From Camelus dromedarius (taxonomy: Eukaryota), in assembly GCF_036321535.1 (NCBI RefSeq), contig NC_087437.1:54004001-54068000 (forward strand): a stretch of DNA of 64,000 nucleotides, in the 5' to 3' direction. The notes below the pieces were generated by a model that did not search any database, was not told the DNA's origin, and saw nothing but the letters and a program-made list of their open reading frames with translations. Shown in pieces: positions 25,400-36,969 of the stretch (position 1 is its first letter; each line of letters opens with the position of its first letter). Both the position numbers and the translations under genes were made by a program.

Positions 25400-26100
25400 A
25401 GAGGTTGCCCCACAAGAGTGAGACTACTGAGCCCCACGTCAGGCCCCTCAGCCCGGGGGTCTGGTACCGGCACGGGGAAGACATGCCCCCAGATAATATG
25501 GCTTGGAAGGCCAGCCGGGCTTCGGGAGTCTCAGGAAGGGTGGAAGTGGAGACTTCACTCTGAAAGGGCGCACACAAAACCTTCCGCGCGTCGGGACGGG
25601 GCAAAAGCAGTCACCCGCTCGGAGCCCGGGCCAGGCCTACCTCTGGGTCTCGGACACTCTCCCGGGGAGGCGGCGAGGGCAGCTGCAGCTCGCTCTGCGG
25701 ACGTAGACATTGGCCACGGTCTTCCTTCGGAGCTCCTTCTAACAGGTGGACACTGGAGCAGGTGGGCGCCAGGGCGAAATCCTCCGTCTAGCTCGTTAGC
25801 TCGCACGCCATATGTGGGAGCTCCTTCCACACGTGAAGTGGGTGCGGGCAGACGGGCGCCATTGTGTGGGCTCCTCCCTCCGGCTCGTTGGCGCCAAGAC
25901 CTGGCCCCGCCCACCAGCCTGCAGCCGCCAGCGCTGGGCCGCCCCAGGCCAAGCCACACACTGCGCAGCGCAGCCCCGCGCATCAGCAGGCAGGCTTTCT
26001 GAGACCATAGCCACATCCCTAGACACAGCCCTAGACACGGCCCTGCTCAGCGGAGGGCCAAGACCCAGCTCCGCCCAAAGTGGGCAAGCATAGGCCCTGC
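25400..26100. promoter_or_regulatory. CpG island within L1 5'UTR (candidate promoter)
   Basis: About 47 CpG in 25441-26100 by hand count, against strong depletion elsewhere; GC box ggccccgccc 25903-25912; E-box cacgtg 25830-25835. Confidence 0.6.
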
Positions 26101-26364
26101 CCTCCAGGAAGTCTGCACAAGCCTAGACCAGGCTCGCCCATGGTGGGCAGACCCCAGACGTTAGAAAACCACGATCCCACAGCCTGTGGACCCAGCCTGC
26201 TTACAGCGAGACAGACCCTACCCTGGGACCAACTGGGCCCCTGCCCGTCCCATTAGCAGACCAACACAAGCTTCGAGACACCCCAGACGCCATACCAAAA
26301 CTGTGTCAAGAATCGGTGCCCCTCCCAACTAGCAATCTGAAAGCTCTGGGATCCCTGGGCCCGT

Positions 26365-26810
26365 AGACTAAATGATACAGAGAAATGGATCCGTGAGCTG
26401 GAAGACAGAGGAGTGGAAATCACTATCACTGAACAGAAAAAAAGAATGAAAAGAAAAGAGGACAGTTTAAGAGACCTCTGGGACAACATAAAGTACACTA
26501 ATATCACGTTATTGGGGTCCCAGAAGGAGAAGAGAGAGAGGAAGGGGCCGAGAATATTTTTGAAAACATAATAGCTAAAAACTTCCCTAACCAGTCACCC
26601 AAGTCCAGAAAGTGCAGAGTCCCATACAAGATGAACCCAAAGAGGACCACAACAAGACACATGGTAATTAAAATGATAAAAATTAAAGATAAAGAGAGAC
26701 TGCTAAGAGCAGCAAGGGAAAAGCAACAAATAACCTGCAATGGAACTCCCATAACGCTATCAGCTGATTTTTCAGCAGAAACTCTGCAGGCCAGAAAGAC
26801 GTGGCATGAT
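26365..26810 (+). pseudogene. L1 ORF1p remnant (end of coiled coil, RRM, start of CTD), frameshifted
   Basis: MNPKRTTTRHMVIKMIKIKDKERLLRAAREKQQITCNGTPITLSADFSAETLQARKTWHD matches the L1 ORF1p signature; upstream 'ctctgggacaacat...ggggtcccagaaggagaagag'. Confidence 0.92.
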
Positions 26811-27624
26811 TATGTGTGATACTGAGCTGCAGAGCTTTACAAGACTTAAACCAAGGAATATTGCAACCGTGCTGGATTGGAGTTTCTGATGGCTCCAGTC
26901 CAAGACCCCTCAGAACATTTCCATAGCTGCCTGTGAGGAGGGATCACACTGCCTTCCGGAACAGAGCCCACTTTATATCCAAAGGTGGCCCATGATATCT
27001 TCAGAAAGCTCAGCTCTTAGTAAATTATTTGGATTGTACACCAAAAATATGGCTTCCTATCATTTTCATATGCGGTGGAGCAGCACTTTGTGGGCACGTA
27101 ATACAAGACAAATTTAATCTCCACATCATGGTCCTTCAGGAATTGGAACACACCTATCAAGTTCCCGCATGAGTTTTTTCTCAGCTAAGGTCCTGAGCTG
27201 AACATGTTCTTTTCCTTCCAGAGTTAGCCCCATGTCTTAGACTCAGCCCTGTCTCCATCCTGGGCACTCTTCTCTGTTACCATGAGTGGTACCTCATCAT
27301 GGGTGGTACCCAGCGCTGAAGGCACAGTTGCAGGGGTGTGCTTACAAAGGCAATTCATCTCTTTCTCAAAGTTTTTAAAATCTCCTGAGCTCTGTGAGTA
27401 TTCCAAAAAGGCCATATGAAAGGGATCCATATGCCAGAACAATAACAACAAAAAATCTGAAATCCACAATCCAGTGAATTTGAGCCTATTAAAACTCCTT
27501 TGAATTGTGCCAAGAGCTGACTATTTTAAAAGTGGTGCCTGGGTCTTTGTTTATCACAACGTGTGTTGAGAAACCTGAAACTGTCTGGAGTATTGAGGAA
27601 ACTAGGGTTCTTAGATTCTCTTTT

Positions 27625-27830
27625 CAACTCTACTTTGAGAACTAGTCCTGTGACTAAAATTAGATTTGAGTTCAGTCTCTGTGCTTTATTGAAAGCAAAT
27701 GTTATGAGTTGTGTAAACTTGTTTACCTCTCTGAACTTCAGTGCCTCATATCTTTGAGGTGGAGTCAAAATCCTACTACCCATGACTACAGTAAGAGGTT
27801 CCTGGACCAAAGCTTTTAACACACTCCCTC
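27625..27830 (+). mobile_element. MIR SINE
   Basis: 'gtttacctctctgaacttcagtgcctcatatct' core. Confidence 0.65.
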
Positions 27831-27857
27831 GTCTGTAGCAGGAAGATCTCAAAGGTA

Positions 27858-27871
27858 CTGCCATCTACTGG
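27858..27871 (-). promoter_or_regulatory. CTCF core motif
   Basis: Minus strand CCAGTAGATGGCAG fits CCRSYAGRKGGCRS at 14/14; binding untested. Confidence 0.5.
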
Positions 27872-29104
27872 CCTGTGTTAAATACAGCCTCAAGATTATA
27901 TATGTTACCAAGTTCTCTGCCATTTCAAAGCACCCTGGTAGAAAGTTAAAGACTGTTAAGAGAGCTCTTTGAGTAAAATAACTGTGAAATGGAGTTAGGA
28001 ATCCTGGAATCTATTTCCACCCAGTTCATGTGACCTTGAGCAAGTCTCTGCCTTGGCCAGGATGTCAGTTTCCTTATTTGTAAATGAGGATGCTACTTAT
28101 TATGGGAAGATTCTTCTTAAATCTGATATTTTCTGATTCTAATTTACTCTTTCCCCTTCCAGCTTACATCATTGCTTGATACTTCCTGGAAATATACTTC
28201 AGAAAACCAAATTTTACTTTAACTCTAAAAGTGTGTTGGGTAAAAAGAATAGAGTTCCTGGAAGTATTCAAGCCAATGTCCCAAATAGTAATTTAAATCA
28301 TTTCCTCTTACACTATTTATTAGTAAAAAGGACTTTGGAGCCACAAAGTATGTCAGTATGTGTGTCATTTCTACTTTCCAGACAATGAGGAGTTATTCTA
28401 AGAAGGATAAATGGACAGGTCATTTATCACTCAGGCCCCCTGAGCATATCCAATGCCTTCCTTAAGAGTTGCTGAGAAAGAGTAATGCCCTACGCAACTG
28501 CCTGGTAGATAGCAGGCCAAGTCTCCTAAGTAGTGTGCTGGCCTTGCAGGTTTACCTGGGTAATGACCCCCCAGTAATATCCATGCAACCAGGCAAAGTG
28601 ACATGTGACAAAGGAAAAAAAACAACAGCATTTCTGTAACACCAAACTCTTTTCATCCTGTTCATTTCCATTGCAATAATATCGACCCTAATACACAGCT
28701 CTACAGTTTGCAAAACAATTTTACTCCCAGTAGTTCACAATGACAATAATCTTGCAGAATAAGAGGACATGGCAGGAAAGAACAGGACTCAGACTCTTAT
28801 CATTGTGTCTTGGTAGGGAAAAAAAAAATGAGCCTAAGTGAAGATACAGTATTTTGCAAGGTTTCACAGTCAGTTAAAGATAGAAAGAGTGGCAAAATTT
28901 AGAATTTGAAATCAGATCATCTGACTCCAGATCCTTTGTTCAATCCAGTGCACCATATTGCTTCTCGCTGTCATCAACTTGACTCCCTCAGAGGTGCTGA
29001 ATGCCAAGAGGAACTAGTGGGAAATGACATCACCATGGAAAGGACATCGTGGTGGAAGCTGGTAATTCCAGTAACAAAGGGAAAATCTGGATGTCAGGAG
29101 TATG

Positions 29105-30185
29105 GGGAGGGGTTCACTTACAAAGAAATAAGACTTCAAGTAATATCAGACTTCCTATCAGCACCTCTTAGATGTTAGGAGAAATGAAAACTCTTCAAAT
29201 TTCAAAGGGAAGAGAATTTCAACACGGAACTCTATAGCCAGTCAAACCATCAATCAAACCTAAAAGCAAAGACACATAAGACACTTTTGGTTGTGCAAAA
29301 ACTCGAGAAGTTCACTGCCCTTATACTTTGATTGAAAAATACTTCTTGAGATGTAGTTCTCCATCAAAATAGAACAGCAATTTAATAAACAGGATGCAAT
29401 GGGACCCAAGAATCTGTGATGGCAGAGAATGACTGAGAAGTAAGGGAGACTAGAAATTAAGTAAGAGAGGATCCATTAGGTGGGACATGTGGAAGATTCT
29501 CCTTTAACCTTAAATACGTTAATGGCATAAAATATATAGACTAATTCCTTCTATAGGGCATAAAACATTCTTCCTGGTTCTATATTGAATAATATTTACA
29601 TAACCATACTATTATAATTCTGGTCATTCATTTTCTTTTATTTAATAATTCATCTATTATATAATCACAGAAGAGACTGTAGATAGAATAAATTTTGATA
29701 ATATAAAAATAATTACAGAGGAAAGAAAAATTTGGAGATGGATGGGTATGTCATTGTCATTTTCTTTATAGTGGAATTTATAGCTGTCCAAATTGTGGTA
29801 TAGAGATTAGTTGTATTACTTAAATTCATGAATACAATTGATAGAATATCCAAAAATAATACTTAGGCTAACAAAAATTAGGAAGTGGAAGGGGAAGAAA
29901 AAAATAGGTGGTAATGTCAGTGACTAGACCCTTAGACCTCACATCCGGGATATAATAGCTCTGTCTATAGTTAATATATCAAAAAGTAGTGATCTAGGTG
30001 TGTTTTGTAAAGTTATAACAATAATTACCAACAAAACTAAAGAGAGGGAATACTGACAGTGGCTGTCTCTGGAGAAAGGGGTTGATAATAAAGTGGAGGA
30101 TGATTTTATGTTTCATTTTTGTTCTTCTGCACTGTTTGAATATTTTAAAACTCTGTGCATTCATTAATTCTATATTTAAACAAAG
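29105..30185 (+). mobile_element. HAL1 / L1ME-like remnant (ORF1 end followed by 3' region)
   Basis: 'cttacaaagaaataagacttcaagtaatatcagacttcctatcagca...actctatagccagtcaaaccatcaatcaa' is ORF1-like; ends with 'acagtggctgtctctgg...ctgtttgaatatttt' and no recognisable ORF2. Confidence 0.55.
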
Positions 30186-32950
30186 GAAAACTCACTCTAT
30201 TTGAATATCCAATAACATGTGGATAAAAATCCAGATGATGATTTGACTTGATGCTGGCATATACTTAAATCAGTACGAAGAAAAGAAAGAGAATACTGAA
30301 AAATCTGGTTCATCTCCTTCGTTTTAAAGGAAGTATCACGAGCCAAGAGAAAGAAAGTGACCCCCTCAAGGAGACTTTACAGTGCAGACCATAAAACTCA
30401 GATTAATATTCTGATCAAGATTTGAGTTAAAGAATTTTAAGGTAACAAACATTGCCCCAATTTTGAAGTACTGTCATAGTCAGACATTGGTAGCTTTTAG
30501 CACAACCACCCTCTCAACCACCTTTCTCAAAAGGAGACACTTTCATCTCCTTAGTTAGTTATAAAATGGGATCATCTCAATACCTACTTTACTAAGCGAT
30601 GGATTTCCAAGTGTTGTAAACCACCAAGTCTCAGATCAGTATTATTAACACCATTTTTATGCTTTCTCATTTGCCATAGTAGAGGCACAAGTCTACGCAG
30701 GCTTTGGATGGATATTCACACAAGGCAATATATTTTGTTTGCTCTCATGAAGCCTGTCAAAGCAACTTGGGAAGAAATTCCAGGTCTCTATGACCCACCA
30801 GGTTTTTATATCACATTGATTTTGTGACAGGTTGTGGTCCGCTCAAAGGGCGTTTTCCCCTTTCTTTGTTGACTGTGCAGAGGTGTTGGACAGAGGCATA
30901 TGCATGCCCCAAAGTAGCTCTTATTCCTCCCTTTCTTCCCTTCTTCCTTTCTCCTTCTCCTTGCTCCCCCCACTTCCTCCTCCTTTTTTTTTTTTTTAAA
31001 TCTAGATCAACTTCAAAAGAGACCTTATCTTTTCAAACTCTTCTTTGTACTGAGCTCAATACTTTCCTAGCTTCAGCTTTCTCTACCCACTGCACCACCA
31101 CCTACACCCTTGCAGGTGCCAGGTTAAGAGCCTTCATCAGGCTCCACAGAGCCATGTGCTTTATCACCTCCATGGACTTGATTCCACAGTTCACTCTGCC
31201 TGTACCTCCTTCCCCACCCATCGTGCCCAAATCCTATACTACATTTAAGTCCTAGCTCATGGATCAACCTCCATTAAACCTTCCTTGATCCACACCCCAA
31301 ACTTAAGCCATCGCTCCTTTCTCTGCTTGTTACAGCTTTTGGTTTAGTTCTGTCTTTCAGCTCAAGACTCTATGTACCTCATACTGGAGTTATTTATGCA
31401 TGTGCCTCGATGTCGGAGGGATGTTCTGTGGGCACCACGTCTGTGTTCTTTCTCTGCTCTCCTGTTGCATAAGGTTTGGCACAGAGTAGTGCTCAATAAA
31501 TATCTATTGAGTTCTATTGTTTTGCCAACACTTACATAGCTGGTACATGGTAAAGTTAGGACTAGAACCCAGGTTTTCGACTGTGGCTCAGTGTACTCTC
31601 CATCACACCATATGGCCTCACACATTGCACCACACATTTAACGAGCTCATCTGAGCATTTTGAACTATGATAGGGAGTCAGAGGCGGGGAACAGTCATGA
31701 CCTGTCCCAGCTTGATATCAATTCAAACTGACAAGGCAAAGCATAAGGTATAAAAGTGTCCTTGGATAAAGCAAACATTAGGATTTGCCATTTTGATATT
31801 TCATAGGTAGTGAAAACATGTCAGACTCTATTAGGCACCTTCAACATCCTGTAAAGAAAGGACAGAAGATGTTTGGTGAAGTGTCATGGCTGCTACCTAC
31901 TTTTTAACCTATTGTCCTCAGGTGAAGGAAATAAACTGTTTTCCAAAAGTAGTTTGAAAAACAAAACAAAAAAACAACCTTCAGAAAGCATTAGGCTTGC
32001 TTGCCATGTGTACTTCCTGATTTAAGAGGTGATTTTAAGTTAAAAACTGAGAGGCTAACTTATTTAATAAATCTGTCTTCCCGGACAGATTCAAAAAGAA
32101 GAGCACAGTTTTGATTTATTATAAGTAATCGGTATTTAACCAGGAAGTGTCTGCATTATTTTTATCCTTTAAAAGCATTGAAACCATAATCCCAATATAG
32201 ATTATTGTTGGGATTCATTTCCTATTTCATTCTGAGAAAGAAATAAACAATGATCCATAAACCTAAATATAATGGGAACACCGAAGACAGTTAAACTGGG
32301 CTTAAATTTTCCTTTTATATTCTGAGTCAGGGAGAACGTCTATAGCAAGTGTACATCAACATGCTCCCAATCAACCTTGGATTGTCTGAATCTCTGCTCT
32401 TTCACGATCCCCAAACAAGCTCATGTTCTAGTCACCTGGCTTCCCCTTCATACACAACCCACTTATGTAGGATCTCTATCACCCAGTATAATTCAAGTGC
32501 CCCTGTTCTGTTTGCAAAATCGAGGCTTTAGGGAACGCACTGTCTGAAATACCCATTGATTTGCACAGTATAACAAAAAAGTATTTTATCTAAGACTTCT
32601 CGAGTGAAATGAGCCCAGGCACTTGATATGAGAGTAATACCGAGTCTTTGCGTAACAGGCAATATCCAGACACTTGTAATCACATCACTCTTCTAGGGGT
32701 TCAGAGCGCTTTATGCCTGAGGAAAGAATCCACAGGAAATTCCTTTCAATTGCTGCTGCACGTGTAGCACTTATGGTGTATTTCTCATCCATCTTCCTTG
32801 TTTATTCAACTTTTATACTTTTTTCTTCATTTGTATGGAATGTCACCCTCTTTGAAACGTGTGTCACTGCTGCAAGTGAAATATGTATGTCCACTGGAAA
32901 GCATACATCTTCTCAAAGCAAAGATTAGAAGCCAAGTCCCATTTGAGCAC

Positions 32951-33404
32951 TGAAATGGGTTGAGTAATGTCACCCAAAAAGATATATGTGAGTCATAACC
33001 ACCATACTTGTGAACGTGACTTTATTTGGAAATAGGGTCTTTGTAGATAAAACTGAGTTAAGGATCTCAGGATGAGATCATCCTGGATTCAGAGTGAACC
33101 ATAAAGCAAATGGTTGGTGTCCTTATAAGAGAAAGGAGAGAAAGATTTGAGACACACAGACACAGAGGAGAAGGCAATGTGAAGATGGATACAGAAACCA
33201 GAGTGATGCAACTACAAACCATGGACCGTCAATGCTTGCCAGCAACTACCGGAATCTAGAAGAGATGCAAGGAATAGACTCTTCCTCAGGGCCTCTGGTA
33301 GGAACCAACCCTCGCAATACCTTGATTTCAGACTTCGGGCTTCCAGAACTGTGAGAAAATAAGTTTATGGTGCTTTGATACAGCAGCCTCAGGAAATTAA
33401 TACA
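32951..33404 (+). mobile_element. MLT1C/D-like solo LTR
   Basis: 'gtgactttatttggaaatagggtctttgtaga', 'accttgatttcagacttc...cagaactgtgaga', end 'aggaaattaataca'. Confidence 0.9.
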
Positions 33405-34824
33405 GACTCAGTGATGGGTATCCAAACAGAAAATTTTGGCTCAGCAGGAAGGGAAAGTATAAGCGTGTGTGTGCATGCGTATGTGTATGTGTGCGTGTGT
33501 TGGAATTATTACTGTCAATGTAAAGCTTCCTACTCCATCATGAGAGTGGTGGCTGAGAGGGGTGAGCAGTCAATGTTTGTTCCAGGGATGAATAAAGTAC
33601 TTTAGCAGCAAACTAGCCAAGTAGGTGCTGTACAGATATGGATCAGCTACAAATCTCCTTGAGATTGGAAGAAGGAAAGAGATTCTTCAGTCCCCTTTTT
33701 CCCAGTCTCTGTGGGGAATAGCAAGAAGAAAAAATCAACAACCCCCTTGAGACTCCCCTGCTCCCTCACCTTGGCCAATTGAAACAAATCCTCTTTATCT
33801 CTGACCCCACAGTTCCCTTTTATTGACTTGTGTTACAGTCGGTGTGTATATAAAGTCTCTCTCATTTTAAATCAAGCAAGTAGAGGGCAATTCTGTACAA
33901 TTGAAAGTGGCTGAATTAAAATTTAGGGACATTCACTTTCCTCCCACCATGATCCAGAGCCAGCTACAGGCTCTCTTGCCTCAGGCTCTTCTGTAAAATA
34001 GGAACAAAAATTCTTGTCGGACAACCCTTACCATCTTTCTGGAAGTTGCAAATAAAATAACTGGAATAAAAGTCTAACCAGAAAGAGCACCCCAGAAAGG
34101 GTATAAACTAGTAAAATCAGTCCACATTAAAAATAAACGTAAAGAATCGTTCGCTTTTGCATCCCTCATAGCACAGCTTACCACAGCGTGCTAAGTGTAG
34201 AAGGTCTCGGTAAACATCTGGGGAATGAGTGAGGAGTGTCCAAGAGCATCGTCCTCACTCCGTCCGACTGGAGCTGTGAAGCTTCAGAGCAGAGTTTGCT
34301 AAAGGCCCTTGAAAACAAACAAACGAGCCAGCCAGACCACCACACTCTCCCTAACTCCACAAAGAATGCCTTGGGGAATACTGGAACCCAGCATTTTATT
34401 TGCAAAGGGGTTCCAGAGACTCCTGGCAGCCCTATTCCCTCGCAAATGGAATCCCTGTGGTCATGGTCCACCTAGCCAGAAGGCCAAGAGACACTCCTCC
34501 CTCTCTGGGTCTCAGACACTAAAAGCTGCTAGCATCTCACAGTTGGCACTTCCTCATTTTGTAGAATCATAATGAACACTTTATTTCTTAATTTTGGGAT
34601 AACTGCTAACTGGATTCTGAGTTAATGTAGAATTTGAGACTTTTCCTTTCTCCCTTCAAAGTTCCTAGTCTGACTCTATTTCAGGCCCCTGACAAAGGGT
34701 CTTTTTCCTGCATTATGATTCAGTTGGTTTATGAAACATCTAAAGTGTGCTTCTCTAGTTGTCACGCAAGCTTAGGTGAGTTTACTGAATCAATAATAAA
34801 GCAGGGAGGAACCTGATAGAGATA

Positions 34825-34990
34825 TTCTCTGGGGGTCCTTAATTAGGAATCCATGGACCCCCACCTAAGTCCCATGTCTGGGTTTCAGGAATGTTATGAC
34901 CCCTCAAACTGTTTGCACATTTGTATGTGTATGTGTATCTGGGAAGGGCGGTCACTTCCAGCAGATCTAAACAGGTTAAAAATCACCCAT
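34825..34990. mobile_element. hAT-Charlie MITE remnant (MER103-like)
   Basis: 'gggggtccttaa...tccatggacccc...ccctcaaactgtttgcac...ggttaaaaatcac'. Confidence 0.5.
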
Positions 34991-36214
34991 CCAGTCCAAC
35001 GTTTTCTTTTATAATGTTTTTTGCTAATATGCTAATATGCTGCTACTATTAACACTATAATGAATATTTTCCATGTAGCCACCTTCCAACCTAGGTATTT
35101 TTATTATTACTATTAATGAAGCAACTGAGACTAAGTGAAGTGGCTTAACTTGACCAGGGTGCTCAGCTAGTAAGATAGAGCAGGATTCCAGTTGGCCACA
35201 GTCTAAAAAGTACACTTTCCACTACACGATAGTAAGTCCCATTAACATTTTTCTCCTCTAAACTTTGTGTGCTGTTAGTCATCACAGTGAATACCCTGCC
35301 TAGGGTCACTGATATCTGCATGGAGTTGAAAGTCCCTGCTTAGTCCCAGTTTGCCTACCATAAGCTGGATTAGTGTAGGCCCCGATGGTGTGAGAGGGAG
35401 CGGAGGGAGGCTCTGCTGCTCTGAGGAGCCAGACGGACACATGGGAGTGGTCTGAGTGTGGCTCTGTGAAAAAAAGGCCCAAGAAGACGGCTGGTCCAGT
35501 TCCACTTCCCTCTGAAGACCAAACCCCAGGAAGCAGAAGTGACTTGCCTGAAACACTGCTTAGACTGGAACATAAAGTAACAGAGTAGTGAAGACCGGGA
35601 GGTGGAACGCTCAGGTTCTAGTCCACGTTCTGGCTTGTTGGGTAACTTCAGGAAAGTCCCTCTGCTTCTGTGTTCCTCAGTTTCCTCATCTGAAAGATGA
35701 GGAGATTGAATCATATGATTTCAAATTCCCCTTCTACCTCACTGCACCAGGAGTGACCCACCTAAGCTTCACTTTTTAATGTTTTGAACGTGCTTTGCAA
35801 AAGTGCAAAGTCTTAGAATAATACATCAGAACTCACATAGTTTTCAAGGTCACAAATAGAGTCTGGAGGGTATTTTTACTTATTCATCATCTCTTGTTTA
35901 CAAAGGCACATAGAAAGTTAGTAGGAGTCATTATTGGTGAAATCATCAGAAAAAAATAGCAGAGTATGATCAAGAGGAGGCAATTTAAGATGATGGATGA
36001 TCAGCTAGCTTGTCTCCTGTCAATTCAAAAAGCTTTCTGACTGCTTGCTTTCCATTTCCAAAGTATCAAACTCAAAATGCTATTCTGGAAAATGACTGAG
36101 CCAGACAAATTGATGTAACAGTTTTGTGAAGCCTGGTGCCCACCATCCCCACCATCACCTCTTCCTGGTCTCCCGACTTTATCTAACATTTCTATGGAGA
36201 AGGGGAATAGCCCT

Positions 36215-36410
36215 TCACTGAGGCACTCACAGTGTGCCGAGACCTATTTAAGGCACTTAACATACGCCATCTCATTTAATACTCTCAACAACCTTATAAG
36301 AAAGCCTCTAATATTCCCATTTTACTCATGAGAAAACTGACACTCAGAAAATTCAAACAGATCACAGAATTACAAAGTGCTGAAACCAGAATTAGAAAAT
36401 GAGACTGTAG
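36215..36410 (-). mobile_element. MIR SINE
   Basis: 'atctcatttaatactctcaacaacctt...cccattttactcatgagaaaactga'. Confidence 0.8.
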
Positions 36411-36501
36411 CCACAAAGTTCATCAGAAGTAAATGGAGGTAAAGCTCTTCATACCAAGGGCAATCTACTAACTCACTTATAGAACTTTTACTATCCCCCA
36501 G

Positions 36502-36969
36502 CATTACAGGTTAAATTGTGTGCCCCCTCAAATTCACATGTTGAAGTCCTAAACCCCAAAACCTCAAAATGTGACCTTAACTTAGACATACGGTCTTTAT
36601 GGAGACAGTGAAGTCAAAATGAGGTCATTAGAGTGGGCTCTAATCCAACATGACCACTATCCTCATAGAAAGGGGAAATTCAGACACAGAAACAGACATG
36701 CACCCAGAGAGAACACCATGTGAAGATGAAGGAAGAGGTCAAGGCAGTACTTTTACAAGCCAAGGAATACCGCAAGTTACCAGTAAACTAGCAGAATCTA
36801 GGCAAGAGGTGTGGACCAAATGCCCCCTCATAGCCCTCAAAAGGAACTCACCCTGCCAAATCTTTGGTCTCGGACCCCTAGTCTCCAGAACTGTGAGGCG
36901 GTCCATTTCTGTTGCCTAGGCCGCCCAGTCTGTGGCACTTCTGTAAGGCAGCCCCAGCACGTTAACACA
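36502..36969 (+). mobile_element. MLT1C-like solo LTR
   Basis: 'aaattcacatgttgaagtccta...aaatgaggtcattagagtgggc...ccagaactgtgag'; perfect 5-bp TSD CCCAG (36497-36501 / 36970-36974). Confidence 0.92.

Larger units (their letters stand above)
24884..26810 (+). mobile_element. L1 5'UTR plus partial ORF1; internally deleted, 3'-truncated, interrupted by a younger L1 3' end
   Basis: 5' terminus 'caagacaatggagagacctgagctcacctcctctc'; GC-rich UTR; ORF1p peptide at 26631-26810; no ORF2 or poly(A). Confidence 0.88.

Noticed and set aside
25418..26002. 194-aa plus-strand ORF, the longest in the window
   Set aside because: Lies in the GC-rich L1 5'UTR where stop codons are rare; Ala/Arg/Pro/Gly-biased, overlapped by ORFs in other frames and strands, no recognisable domain
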